DNA of 64,000 bases, taken from IMG/VR virus record IMGVR_UViG_2706795104_000001, positions 64,001 through 128,000 of that record. One strand, written 5' to 3'. Under the pieces are notes generated by a model that saw only the letters and a program-made list of their open reading frames with translations, was not told the origin of the DNA and did no database searches. Source of the stretch: an uncultured virus (IMG/VR IMGVR_UViG_2706795104_000001). Its lineage: Duplodnaviria > Heunggongvirae > Uroviricota > Caudoviricetes > Herelleviridae. This document shows positions 21,034 through 31,062 of this stretch, piece by piece (the stretch's first letter is position 1; the number at the start of each line of letters is the position of its first letter). Both the position numbers and the translations under genes were made by a program.

Positions 21034-22110
21034 ATGTTTATGGACTTACTAGAGGAGGAGCTAGGGGAGTCTAAACCAGCAGGTAATGAGACAAGGTTTA
21101 ACTGCCCATTCTGCCTAAATACAAAACATAAATTTTATGTAGAGAACGCAGACTTAGGACGATGGATATGCTTTAAGTGTTCCAAATCGGGGAACCCTGT
21201 ATCGTTCGTTATGCAATACTATCACGTTGACTTTGAAGAAGCTAAGGAAATTCTACTAACCTACGATTATGACGTAGAAGAGTACAAGAAGCAACGAACA
21301 TCATTCTCAAGTTACGGAGCAGGAGGACTCACAGAGGAAGAGAGACTGCTCCTATATATCACTCGGGGAGGAGAACCATTAGAAGATGAGGTAGAGAAGA
21401 TTAACTACACATGCCCGAGACCTCCTACGAACTGTAAATCATTAATGGAGAACTTCAATAACCCTGAAGCATTCATCTTCTTCCAGTACTTACAAGGTCG
21501 TGGTGTGACACTAGAAAATATCAGAGACCACAATATATCCTATGTTACATACGGGGAAGTAGAACTAGTGGATGGACGAAAGATGAACCTAATCAATCAT
21601 CTTGTATTCTTCACGTTCGATGTGAATGGTGTACCTGTTTATTGGAATACTCGTAGCATTGATCCAAACCCGTTCATTAAGTCATTCAATGCTCCTGCAA
21701 AACCGACAGAATATTCTAAAAATAATACGGTTTTCAATCTAAACAGAGCACGGTTTTATGATAAAATAGTAGTTACTGAGGGTGTATTTAACGCAATGAC
21801 AGTAGGTTATCATGGAGTTGCAACCTTCGGTAAAAAAGTTACAGAAGAACAGGTTAAGATGATGTTAGAAGCAACATCACATTTTAATACACCAATCTAC
21901 TTGTTCCTCGATAAAGATGCTTGGAAAGAGATGATACAAGCTGCTCATACGATCCATCGTATTGATCCTGCTAGACCAGTGTACTACGTAAACAGTCCAA
22001 CAGACGAAGATGCGAATGACATCGGTACAGAGAGATGTTACGAATGGATTTCAAATGCGTTTTTAGCAGATGCTCAAGGAGATTTACAGTTACAACTATT
22101 AAACATGTAG
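21034..22110 (+). CDS. DNA primase
   Basis: CPFC...WICFKC zinc finger; TOPRIM VTEGVFNA and FLDKD. Confidence 0.9.
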   Translation: MFMDLLEEELGESKPAGNETRFNCPFCLNTKHKFYVENADLGRWICFKCSKSGNPVSFVMQYYHVDFEEAKEILLTYDYDVEEYKKQRTSFSSYGAGGLTEEERLLLYITRGGEPLEDEVEKINYTCPRPPTNCKSLMENFNNPEAFIFFQYLQGRGVTLENIRDHNISYVTYGEVELVDGRKMNLINHLVFFTFDVNGVPVYWNTRSIDPNPFIKSFNAPAKPTEYSKNNTVFNLNRARFYDKIVVTEGVFNAMTVGYHGVATFGKKVTEEQVKMMLEATSHFNTPIYLFLDKDAWKEMIQAAHTIHRIDPARPVYYVNSPTDEDANDIGTERCYEWISNAFLADAQGDLQLQLLNM

Positions 22111-22121
22111 GAGGAAAACAA

Positions 22122-22394
22122 GTGGAGCACAAATTTAAAATGTACGATTGGGACGAAGGTTGTTTCTACATCATTCCGAAAAACAATATTGTAGACGCAA
22201 TACACTATGCTTGGAATTACGAGTTCGATGTCTACGACAGAGAAACAGGAGAGCTAATCTTCTCAGGACAAGAAGACGATGACTTCAACTCAGAGATGTT
22301 GGAACCTTACGGGATACGACTTATTGAAAATGGTACACATCGCTGCTTACAAACGATTGAGACAGGTGAAATTCATTTAGCGGAGTGGCAATAA
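22122..22394 (+). CDS. Hypothetical protein
   Basis: AGGAGG RBS before GTG 22122. Confidence 0.65.
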   Translation: MEHKFKMYDWDEGCFYIIPKNNIVDAIHYAWNYEFDVYDRETGELIFSGQEDDDFNSEMLEPYGIRLIENGTHRCLQTIETGEIHLAEWQ

Positions 22395-22397
22395 TGA

Positions 22398-22426
22398 TTG
22401 ACAGTATCAAACCTGTATGCTAGAAT
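22398..22426 (+). promoter_or_regulatory. SigA-type promoter
   Basis: TTGACA-17-TAGAAT with TG. Confidence 0.65.
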
Positions 22427-22462
22427 ACTAGTTATAGTGAAGATATTAGGAGGAATAAATAA

Positions 22463-23260
22463 ATGGATACGTTGAAACCAGTAGAAGAATTGGAAGTATT
22501 ATACATAGCACCACCAGGATTCGAGCCAACGAATGCTCATGGCGATGATTTTTGCTATGACATCAAAGCGTTAGAGGGTCGCTTAATCCCACAAGGAACG
22601 TTTAAATCAGTACTAGTACCAACAGGGCTAAAGACTGCATTCGTTACTAAGTACGGTATGAAGCTAAACACTCGAAGTGGCTCAGGATACCATACACCAA
22701 TTATCCTTTCAAACTGCACAGGTATTATCGAAGGATCGTATCGTGGTTACATTGGTGTACTATTACGCAACACATACCAAGATAACTCAGTGGTAGACTT
22801 CGTATTTACAACGAAAGGTGAACGAGTTCCTTTGTCTGAAGTACCTGAATCGGTATTACAGAACGCTCGTGAGTTCTATGAAGAGGATTCAGTAAACTTA
22901 GGCTACCCTAAACCACTAACACTAGAAGATTACGAAAGAGAGTTTGAAGCGTGGGAGAGACGTTGGCATGGTGTCGATATCCACGGTGCAGTATCCGGTA
23001 TCCACGCTAAGTTACAACGTGGAGAAATGTTAACAAAAGAGGAAGCAGACCTTTGGACAGACCGTAACGCACCTCAACCTGAAATTCAACATCGCTTATT
23101 CGTAGACTTAGTACCACGAGGAACTGTGTTTGTTCAAGAGGGAGAACGTATCGCACAGATTCACTTCCAAAAAAGTGTGAAGATAAAGTTAACTGCAACA
23201 GACGAACTACCTGATAGTGTTCGTGGCGAAGGTAACTACGGTTCAACAGGTTCCAAATAA
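22463..23260 (+). CDS. dut: Trimeric dUTPase with a large internal insertion
   Basis: CYDI, RSGSG, GIIEGSYRG, GERIAQ and RGEGNYGSTG motifs 1-5. Confidence 0.88.
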   Translation: MDTLKPVEELEVLYIAPPGFEPTNAHGDDFCYDIKALEGRLIPQGTFKSVLVPTGLKTAFVTKYGMKLNTRSGSGYHTPIILSNCTGIIEGSYRGYIGVLLRNTYQDNSVVDFVFTTKGERVPLSEVPESVLQNAREFYEEDSVNLGYPKPLTLEDYEREFEAWERRWHGVDIHGAVSGIHAKLQRGEMLTKEEADLWTDRNAPQPEIQHRLFVDLVPRGTVFVQEGERIAQIHFQKSVKIKLTATDELPDSVRGEGNYGSTGSK

Positions 23261-23275
23261 TAAGGAGTGAAGCTT

Positions 23276-23614
23276 ATGAGCCAAACACCTAACAGTAATA
23301 AGATTCTCGAATACATTGAGGATATCATCTATTTGAAGCGTAACCACGATGGACAAGGGCTATTAGCCCTCCAACGTGAAGGAAAGGACAAGCAGGTATC
23401 ACTTGAAGAAGTGGGTTTTGCATTCATGTCTATCATGGATGACTTTACCCACTATGTTGATGCTTCACAAGGATTAATGGAGATGCGCTTTAAAGCGCTC
23501 GTAGACTCTCTAGACGAGGAGACAAGGGCTAAGGTACTCCAACAGTTCGAAGAAGCAGGAGACGACCTATTACATACGATAAAGGAGACTGAAGATAATG
23601 GCAAAGGAAACTAA
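23276..23614 (+). CDS. Hypothetical protein
   Basis: AAGGAG RBS, ORF. Confidence 0.65.
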   Translation: MSQTPNSNKILEYIEDIIYLKRNHDGQGLLALQREGKDKQVSLEEVGFAFMSIMDDFTHYVDASQGLMEMRFKALVDSLDEETRAKVLQQFEEAGDDLLHTIKETEDNGKGN

Positions 23615-23978
23615 AGTAGTAGCGTTAACAGATGAGGAATTAGAGTTATACGCTAATTACGTATTCTCAGGTAAGGTAGAAAAAGAAGAGGACGAGAAAG
23701 CAATTGAGGAATTGAAGCAACGTTCTGTTACATTAGAGGATGCGACTACAATCGCAAAAATGTTATCCACTCAAGTTGCACAACAAATCACTCACCAAAT
23801 GGTAAACATTATGGAACGAGTGCAGATTCAAGAAATTGTTCTTGAGAAACTAGGTGCAAACGGTAAAACAAAGAAAGACGCAAAAGTGAAATACAAGAAA
23901 CAGATTGAAGAACAGAAAGAGAAACTTATCAAGTTACAATCTGAAATGGCTGAGACGTTAGAGAAAGAGGAAGCCTAA
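23598..23978 (+). CDS. Hypothetical coiled-coil protein
   Basis: 126 aa, AAGGAG RBS. Confidence 0.7.
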   Translation: MAKETKVVALTDEELELYANYVFSGKVEKEEDEKAIEELKQRSVTLEDATTIAKMLSTQVAQQITHQMVNIMERVQIQEIVLEKLGANGKTKKDAKVKYKKQIEEQKEKLIKLQSEMAETLEKEEA

Positions 23979-24184
23979 TGGCTCCTCTAAAGGCGATATG
24001 TCTAAAGACCTTTCGTTTAAGGGATGCAAGTGGTTCTGTAGGTGTATTCTGTGAAAAAGGTAAAACGTACAACATTGTAGAGTACAGTGAAGACCTAATG
24101 ACACTTGAACTGGAAAAGGAATCTTGTTACCAAACAACTATTAACGATCCTGACTTCCTAGTACATTATGAGGAGGACAAGTAA
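23978..24184 (+). CDS. Hypothetical protein
   Basis: 68 aa, TAATG coupling. Confidence 0.6.
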   Translation: MAPLKAICLKTFRLRDASGSVGVFCEKGKTYNIVEYSEDLMTLELEKESCYQTTINDPDFLVHYEEDK

Positions 24185-24185
24185 C

Positions 24186-24755
24186 ATGGCATCAACTGGT
24201 AGAGGTAGTAAGACAAAAGGGTCAGGCTATGAGTTAAAAACAGCCAAGACTCTAGCAGCTTGGAGTGGGGAACAGGTACATAGGGTTCCCCAATCGGGTG
24301 CAGGAGGACACACATGGGGTAGCGATAGTCGTATGAATGGTGACATTGTATTCCCTGTAGGAAGTAAAAATCCTTTTGTATACGAATGCAAGAAGCGTGA
24401 AGGGTGGGAGATGCATCACCTATTCCTAAATATCGGTGAAATTAAAACATGGTGGGAACAGGTTGTTACAGATGCTCGAAGAATGAAAGAGCACGGTATG
24501 GCTCCATGTCTCATCTTTTCTAAGAACCGTGATAAGGACTATGTGTTAATTCCGTACCTTCCTGAAGTATTTAATAATCTACTAATAAATAAGCACCCAG
24601 TATCATTACAACGGGTACGTTACAATAATATCCGTGGAGAAGAACAAAACTTTGATACGATTCTAACTACGTTAGACGGATTCACTTCTTTTGCTCCTCA
24701 GGAATTATTCGCACTGTATCAAGATATAAACTGGGATATGCATAATGCAAGTTAA
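24186..24755 (+). CDS. Holliday junction resolvase (Hjc-like PD-(D/E)XK)
   Basis: SKTKGSGYELK...RVPQSGA...GDI....YECKK. Confidence 0.85.
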   Translation: MASTGRGSKTKGSGYELKTAKTLAAWSGEQVHRVPQSGAGGHTWGSDSRMNGDIVFPVGSKNPFVYECKKREGWEMHHLFLNIGEIKTWWEQVVTDARRMKEHGMAPCLIFSKNRDKDYVLIPYLPEVFNNLLINKHPVSLQRVRYNNIRGEEQNFDTILTTLDGFTSFAPQELFALYQDINWDMHNAS

Positions 24756-24786
24756 TACATAAGTCTGAAAGGGGCATACACAGAAA

Positions 24787-27126
24787 ATGGCAGAGGTACA
24801 AATTATTAACCGAGGTAATTTTATTGAGTTTTACGATCCGAAAAAGGTAGAGAACTATCTTCGTAGGTACACTCCTGAGGGAGTAAACGTAAATAGTATC
24901 GTAGGAAGTGTAACAGAGTTCGTAGAGTTAGAGGAGAACGTTACAAGTCTTAAAATCCAACAAGAACTCTACTCTATTACAGAAGGTTTAATCTCCGTAC
25001 GTGAGTCGTATTGGCAAGACGTAGCAGGATGTATTAAAGCAGATATCCTACGTAAAGAGGTATACAACAACCGTGGCTTTGAAACTGGTTTAAAACGAGT
25101 TCTAGAGTTAGGTTACGAAGGAGAACAGTATGCAGACTTCTTCAAGAAATACTCTGACGAAGAGATTGCAGAGTTAGAAAAACATATTAACGAAGACAAT
25201 GATTACTTCGTAAACCATGTAGGTGTACATATTGCTTATGACCGTTACACAACTTCAGTTCCAGTTAAGAAAGAACAGAACGGTAAAGAAATCACTGTAG
25301 GCGTTAAGAAGATTGAAACACTTCAAGAACGTTACATGATTGTCTCAATGTTCCTACATCAAAACGAAACAAAGGATCGTATTGCAAAAGTTATCAGAGG
25401 TTATAATCGTACAGGTGCTACAGACTTCACTCCTGCAACTCCGACATTCATGAATAGCGGCCGACCGAACGGTAACTTATCATCTTGTTTCGTAGGTATG
25501 ACAGACGACTCATTAGACGATATCTACCGTGAAGCAGACCAATTTGCGAAGGTTTCTAAAAACGCAGGTGGTTACGGATTATACTTCGGTAAAGTTCGTT
25601 CATTAGGTTCTAGTATTCGTAAGAAGCCAGGTCTAAGTTCAGGTGCAGTACCATTCATGAAACTATTTGATGTAACGGCAGGTACAGTAGACCAGCAGTC
25701 AAAACGTCCAGGAGCAGTTACAATCACATTAGATGTGTGGCACCGTGACACTAGTTCATTCTTAAAAACACCTTTAGATAACACAGTACTAGAGAAGCAA
25801 ATGCATAAAATCTTCTTAGCAGTATCTCTCCCTGATTTATTCTTCCGTAAGTTACAGAAGAACGAACAGTGGTACCAATTCGATCCGAAAGAAGTACAAG
25901 ACATCATGGGATGGGGTTTAGAAGACTGCTATGATGAGAGAAAAGATGGTGGAACTTTCTCAGAACGTTATGAGCAATGTGTACAAGCATACAAAGCAGG
26001 TCACTTACAGTTAGTAACAATTACAAACCCACTTACGATCCTAGCGGAAATTAACAAAACACGTATTGAAAAAGGACATCCGTTCTTATTCTTCCGTGAT
26101 GCAGTTAACCGTGATAATGCGAATGGTGGTATGATTTACTGCTCTAACTTATGTACGGAAATTGCAATCCCAATGTCAACTCCTGCAATCGTTACAGAGA
26201 AGATTAAGAAAGACGGAGAAGACATCATGGTTCAATATACACGACCAGGTGACATCCCAACTTGTAACTTATCTTCTACCAACCTTAGCAAAGTAGCGAA
26301 GGTGCGTATCGCAGGTGGAGATTGGAGAGCATACTTAGCAGAACTTATTCCAGTTCAGTACCGTATGTTAGCTAACGTAGTATTACTAAACGAGCAAGAC
26401 GAAATGCCACAAACGAAAATCAGTTCTCTTCGTAAGCGTGAAGTAGGATTAGGTACTATGGGTCTAGCTCATGCACTAGCAATCTCTCACATTGCTATCG
26501 ACAGTGAAAAAGCTCTTGAATGGCAAAATGAAGTATTCGAAGAAATTGCTTACCAAGTAATTAAAGCAAGTATGGAACTAGCGAAAGAAACTGGTGACAT
26601 CGCTCCTCACTTCCCTAAAACAAAGTGGGCAGATGGTAGCTATATCGAATACAAGTTTAAAGCACACAGTGAAGATAAAGAACGTTGGGAAGCTCTTAAA
26701 CAAGACATCATTAAATATGGGCTGTATTCTACAATCCATATGGCTACGGCACCAACTGAAACTATCTCTTACATTGCGAATACAACGGCAGGTAATGATC
26801 CTATCTACGGTAAAGAGTATACGTTAGAGAAAGCAGGAATCAAAACGAACATGGTAGCTCCTGGAATCGGTATGGACAACATCTTCTACTACAAAGATGC
26901 GTTCATCATCAAGAAGGACATGTTCCTAAAAGGCGTAGGTATTCGTCAACGTTGGATCGACCAATCTATCTCAACTAACTTATACTACATCAAGGACAAC
27001 CTACAAGCATTCGACATGATTCAAGATTATATCACTGCTTGGAAAGAGGGAGCTAAAACAATCTACTACCATCGTTCACAAACAACGAAAGCTTACGAGC
27101 TTGCTTGTGAGTCATGCGCTGGTTAA
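24787..27126 (+). CDS. nrdA: Class I ribonucleotide reductase alpha subunit
   Basis: PATPTFMNSG..LSSCF; SNLCTEI; CNLSS; APTETIS; C-terminal CESC. Confidence 0.93.
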   Translation: MAEVQIINRGNFIEFYDPKKVENYLRRYTPEGVNVNSIVGSVTEFVELEENVTSLKIQQELYSITEGLISVRESYWQDVAGCIKADILRKEVYNNRGFETGLKRVLELGYEGEQYADFFKKYSDEEIAELEKHINEDNDYFVNHVGVHIAYDRYTTSVPVKKEQNGKEITVGVKKIETLQERYMIVSMFLHQNETKDRIAKVIRGYNRTGATDFTPATPTFMNSGRPNGNLSSCFVGMTDDSLDDIYREADQFAKVSKNAGGYGLYFGKVRSLGSSIRKKPGLSSGAVPFMKLFDVTAGTVDQQSKRPGAVTITLDVWHRDTSSFLKTPLDNTVLEKQMHKIFLAVSLPDLFFRKLQKNEQWYQFDPKEVQDIMGWGLEDCYDERKDGGTFSERYEQCVQAYKAGHLQLVTITNPLTILAEINKTRIEKGHPFLFFRDAVNRDNANGGMIYCSNLCTEIAIPMSTPAIVTEKIKKDGEDIMVQYTRPGDIPTCNLSSTNLSKVAKVRIAGGDWRAYLAELIPVQYRMLANVVLLNEQDEMPQTKISSLRKREVGLGTMGLAHALAISHIAIDSEKALEWQNEVFEEIAYQVIKASMELAKETGDIAPHFPKTKWADGSYIEYKFKAHSEDKERWEALKQDIIKYGLYSTIHMATAPTETISYIANTTAGNDPIYGKEYTLEKAGIKTNMVAPGIGMDNIFYYKDAFIIKKDMFLKGVGIRQRWIDQSISTNLYYIKDNLQAFDMIQDYITAWKEGAKTIYYHRSQTTKAYELACESCAG

Positions 27127-27140
27127 TAAGAAATACACTG

Positions 27141-27176
27141 TACAGACTTGCTTCTATAGTAAGTCTGTATTATACT
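27141..27176 (+). promoter_or_regulatory. Internal promoter overlapped by a 9-bp inverted repeat
   Basis: TTGCTT-17-TATACT (27148-27176). IR TACAGACTT (27141-27149) / AAGTCTGTA (27161-27169). Confidence 0.5.
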
Positions 27177-27211
27177 ATAACTGTGACTATACATATAAAG
27201 GAGTTAGAACC

Positions 27212-28342
27212 ATGAAAGCAGAAAATAGAACGAAAATTAAATTACTACAACCGAAGAAGAGTATGTTGTACCCTAGTAAAATACTAGCAAATGACGGAGT
27301 TAATAGTCTGAACTGGAATGATATTCGTTTCCCTCAGTTCCACACGTTCTACGATAAACTGTTAGCTAATTTTTGGCGTGCAGAATCAGTTAAAATGAGC
27401 AAGGATGACCTTGACTATAAATCAGCACCCGAGAAAATTCGTAAAGCATATAACTTAGGATTAGGTAACTTAACTGCAATTGATGTTGTTCAGACACGTA
27501 TGGCAGCTATTCTATCGGCCGCTATTACCGATCCTTCGATTAGTGCATGTTATGCCGTAGCATCACAACAAGAAGCAGTACATACACAGTCGTATTCGTA
27601 CGCATTACTGGACAAGTTAGACAAAGCAGAACAGAACCGTATCCTGCGTGAAGCCGTAGCAGACCCTGTAGCGCAAGAACGTAATAGCTTAGTAGTAGAA
27701 GTCCTAGAAGAGATGGAAGACGCTTATAAGCTTTATGTGTTCAACGAAATGACTGCTCATGAGTTCTCTAAATACCTAGCACGAGGACTAATTGCAATGT
27801 CAGTATTAGAAGGAGTAAACTTCTATTCTACATTTATGATGTTCTACTACATCCAACACCGTTATAGTATCCTAGATGGTACTGTAAGTATCATTCGTTA
27901 CATCCATAAAGATGAGTTCCAACATACTTACCTGAATGGTCATACACACCGTGCTCTATTAACGGATTACAAAATGACAGAAGAGGAAGAAGCAGAACAC
28001 ATCGAGTGGGCTACTAACTTTATCAAGGAGAACGTAAAGCGTGAGATTGCTTACGGATTGGATTTATTCACTACAATCAACGTACGTCCTACAGAGATAG
28101 AAACATATATTACTTGGTTAGGTAATGTACGTGCTCAATCTCTAGGTCTACCATTACCGTTCCCTGATGAGAAGTTCGCTGCTAACGAGAACCCGATCCC
28201 TTGGATGAAAGCATTTGACGATAGCCGTTTAGACTCAGGACAGAAGCAAGACTTCTTCGAGAAGACCGTAACGCAATACGAACAGGCAAGTGCAACCAAT
28301 ACAGAAATGAACGTAACAGATATCAGCAAGCTACAGTTCTAA
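27212..28342 (+). CDS. nrdB: Ribonucleotide reductase beta subunit
   Basis: NFW.AE; QEAVH..SY; LEGVNFY; DEFQH; QDFFE. Confidence 0.92.
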   Translation: MKAENRTKIKLLQPKKSMLYPSKILANDGVNSLNWNDIRFPQFHTFYDKLLANFWRAESVKMSKDDLDYKSAPEKIRKAYNLGLGNLTAIDVVQTRMAAILSAAITDPSISACYAVASQQEAVHTQSYSYALLDKLDKAEQNRILREAVADPVAQERNSLVVEVLEEMEDAYKLYVFNEMTAHEFSKYLARGLIAMSVLEGVNFYSTFMMFYYIQHRYSILDGTVSIIRYIHKDEFQHTYLNGHTHRALLTDYKMTEEEEAEHIEWATNFIKENVKREIAYGLDLFTTINVRPTEIETYITWLGNVRAQSLGLPLPFPDEKFAANENPIPWMKAFDDSRLDSGQKQDFFEKTVTQYEQASATNTEMNVTDISKLQF

Positions 28343-28409
28343 GAGAGGAAATTTCCTCTCTTTTTTTTTATTTTTATTGTTGACTATTGGACAACTCACA
28401 TGTTATAGT
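28342..28409 (+). promoter_or_regulatory. Terminator followed by a TTGTTGACT-type promoter
   Basis: AGAGAGGAA-AT-TTCCTCTC plus T-run; TTGACT (28380)-18-TATAGT. Confidence 0.7.
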
Positions 28410-28442
28410 AATTATAGAAGTTAAGAAAAGGAGTTGTTACAA

Positions 28443-28685
28443 ATGAAAGTATTAACGAAAGAGCGTTACGGTAACTTTGAAGTGTTCACAGAAAATTTTA
28501 GTATGGAAGTGTCCATACACATTGAGACAGGTATAGTGAACAAAGTAGAAATCAGTGAATCGGCTTTGTTCAACCAAGCAGTAACGATCCAAGAACTAGA
28601 TTCATTTGTTGGTAAGGCAAGAGCAGAGTACCGCAAGTTTATGGGTAAGAAATACGTAGATAAGTTTACTATAGGAGGAGAATAA
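28443..28685 (+). CDS. Hypothetical protein
   Basis: ORF with AAGGAG RBS downstream of the promoter. Confidence 0.6.
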   Translation: MKVLTKERYGNFEVFTENFSMEVSIHIETGIVNKVEISESALFNQAVTIQELDSFVGKARAEYRKFMGKKYVDKFTIGGE

Positions 28686-28686
28686 T

Positions 28687-29004
28687 ATGAAAATGCCTTG
28701 GGAATGTGAAGATTGTGGTCATAAAGAATTAGCAAGTCCGTTTATGACATTCGTGTTATGTCCTGAATGTGATTCTATAAACTTCTTCCACGGTTCGATA
28801 ATCGAGGAAGAGGAAGAAGAAGTGGACGAGCATGTAACTGTCTTCGAGGATCAATACGGAGAGAAGATTACAGTTGTAAACGAGATAGATGACGAGGGTG
28901 ACATTAACTTGTTACCTTCCGATAGAAACTTATTTTTTAGTAAAGAAGAAGCTATTGAACTAGCAAAACATATTTTAAGAATTTGTGGGGAGGATTCGGA
29001 ATGA
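28687..29004 (+). CDS. Zn-ribbon hypothetical protein
   Basis: CEDC...CPEC, acidic; AGGAGG RBS. Confidence 0.65.
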   Translation: MKMPWECEDCGHKELASPFMTFVLCPECDSINFFHGSIIEEEEEEVDEHVTVFEDQYGEKITVVNEIDDEGDINLLPSDRNLFFSKEEAIELAKHILRICGEDSE

Positions 29005-29150
29005 AACTGAAGCATTTAGTACTCGATTACATTAATACGATTAAAAATCGAGACTGCCACCATTACGTTTCATACTCGTATCATGAACTGGATAAGAAAG
29101 CTCGTGAAATTGAAGAAAAAATCATGGAAAAATTAGAGGAGGAAGAGTAA
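29001..29150 (+). CDS. Small hypothetical protein (49 aa), not in ORF track
   Basis: GGAGG RBS, ATGA overlap, fills the gap exactly. Confidence 0.55.
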   Translation: MKLKHLVLDYINTIKNRDCHHYVSYSYHELDKKAREIEEKIMEKLEEEE

Positions 29151-29151
29151 A

Positions 29152-29913
29152 ATGAAAACAGTAGATTTAAGCGTAACAGGTATGAGTTGGATGGAAGAGA
29201 GAACAATCTTATTAACACCGTATGGTAGCCGTTTATACGGAACGGACACAGAGAACTCGGATTGGGATTTCAAAGGAGTTTGTATCCCACCAAAAGAGTA
29301 CTTCTTAGGACTAGAGACATTTAATGAGTATAACAACACTGGTGGTAAAACATTCAAGAACACGAAGGACGATGTTGACATCAATATCATTCATGTAAGT
29401 AAGTTCGTAAAAGATGCTATGCACGGAGTACCGAATAACATCGAAGTATTATTTGCTAGAGAGCAAGACTATATCATCTTGACTGAACTTGGACAAGTCC
29501 TACGTGATAACCGACACCTGTTCCTATCAAAACAAATCATCACGAAGTTTGGAGGGTACACACGATCCTTAACAAACAAGCTGAAGAATGGTGCAGGTCG
29601 TCAAGAGTTAGTCGAAGAGTTTGGTTATGATACAAAGAACTTTATGCAAGGTGTACGACTACAGTTGTCTGCAATCGAAATCCTAGAAACAGGTGATTAC
29701 AGTACATACCGTCCTGAGCGTGACTTCTTACTAGGATGTCGAAACGGGGAATACACTCGTGAGCAAGCACTAGCATTAGTAGAATCATATGATGAGAGGT
29801 TACAAGTAGCGCACGAGAATTCGAAGCTGCCTGAGAAACCTGACTATAACAAAATCAACGGTATGTTAATGGCTATCAATGAAGACGCATTGAAGTTTGG
29901 TATCCACTCATGA
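29152..29913 (+). CDS. Pol-beta superfamily nucleotidyltransferase (RlaP/NrdC.11-like)
   Basis: YGSRLYGTDTENSDWDFKGV; PNNIEVLF; GYDTKN. Confidence 0.85.
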   Translation: MKTVDLSVTGMSWMEERTILLTPYGSRLYGTDTENSDWDFKGVCIPPKEYFLGLETFNEYNNTGGKTFKNTKDDVDINIIHVSKFVKDAMHGVPNNIEVLFAREQDYIILTELGQVLRDNRHLFLSKQIITKFGGYTRSLTNKLKNGAGRQELVEEFGYDTKNFMQGVRLQLSAIEILETGDYSTYRPERDFLLGCRNGEYTREQALALVESYDERLQVAHENSKLPEKPDYNKINGMLMAINEDALKFGIHS

Positions 29914-30152
29914 GCGTAATGTACGTGTGGGACATACTGTATAAGCAAGGTGAGAAGGTAAAGTCTGTTACATTAAATGGGATCAATCCTATTAAAGTAG
30001 TAGAGACCCTACAACGTATCCAGTACGATAAGAGTAAGAGGATAGTAGTTTACTGCGTGGATGCAGTAGGACACATCAATAAATCGACTGGTGAGATTGT
30101 AACACTACCGTTAATGTTCGAAGGTAAGAAAGCAAAATATAGTACTAAGTAG
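29910..30152 (+). CDS. Hypothetical protein
   Basis: 80 aa, ATGA overlap. Confidence 0.55.
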   Translation: MSVMYVWDILYKQGEKVKSVTLNGINPIKVVETLQRIQYDKSKRIVVYCVDAVGHINKSTGEIVTLPLMFEGKKAKYSTK

Positions 30153-30181
30153 AGCAGGTTTCCACAACCTGTTCTTTTTTC
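30151..30181 (+). terminator. Intrinsic terminator
   Basis: AGAGCAGGTT-TCCAC-AACCTGTTCT plus T-run. Confidence 0.75.
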
Positions 30182-30302
30182 TGTTTATGGTATAATGAAG
30201 GTAACGGTATACCATTGCTTGTGAAGTCTGAAAATTCAGAATTGGAGAGATAAAAATGGGACATAGAAAATGGCAAGAAGAAATTGGACGAGGTGAAATC
30301 TA

Positions 30303-31061
30303 ATGGCTAGAAAGAAATCATTAAATATTTTTAATACAGATAGAGCATATAATATTAACTTAACTACAGTACAAGAGGAAGGTAGTTTTATTAAAGTTAC
30401 ACGACTAAACGAAAAAGAGATTGAACGAGAGATGGACAAGTTAAAAGAAGAGTCTACCCGATTCAGTCTACGTAACGATAAAAAGTATCTGCTATTCAAA
30501 GAGCGATATTCGAATGACACACTATATGAGAAGGTTATTAATCACGGTGGTTACATTAAGTATTACAGTGACGGTAGAGTCCCGATCCCTGTTATCAATC
30601 AATTATCCAGTGTACCTCAATCAGAAGTTATTTACATGTGTAAGAAGGATCATAAAATTGACGATGTATTGAATGTACAATTAGCATCTATGGCAACGAG
30701 TGTCGTAATTGATGTACCAATTGTACTTCCCGATATTAACATTTACGATTACTTATTCTCACTGTATCCTTTGCGATACCATGTTGATAAAGTTAGGCTT
30801 TCGTTCCCTCCTTTACGAGAGGATGAGATACAGGATCGACATAAAGAGTATTACGCATTCTACAACGGTATGTATCATCTCAAATCAGAGTATAAATACA
30901 AATGCTTCTGCTACCTACAGGAACCCTTATCTACGTGGAAAATGAATATATGGGTTGTATGTGATTCGAAGAAAGATAGAAAGATGGTAGAGGATTTAGT
31001 ACTAAAAGACAACAAACGTTTTAGACGTATGGAGAATCCTTTCGTAACGGAGGGAAATTAA
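30303..31061 (+). CDS. Conserved phage hypothetical protein
   Basis: 252 aa, GAGGTG RBS, directly upstream of the HU-like gene. Confidence 0.7.
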   Translation: MARKKSLNIFNTDRAYNINLTTVQEEGSFIKVTRLNEKEIEREMDKLKEESTRFSLRNDKKYLLFKERYSNDTLYEKVINHGGYIKYYSDGRVPIPVINQLSSVPQSEVIYMCKKDHKIDDVLNVQLASMATSVVIDVPIVLPDINIYDYLFSLYPLRYHVDKVRLSFPPLREDEIQDRHKEYYAFYNGMYHLKSEYKYKCFCYLQEPLSTWKMNIWVVCDSKKDRKMVEDLVLKDNKRFRRMENPFVTEGN

Positions 31062-31062
31062 G

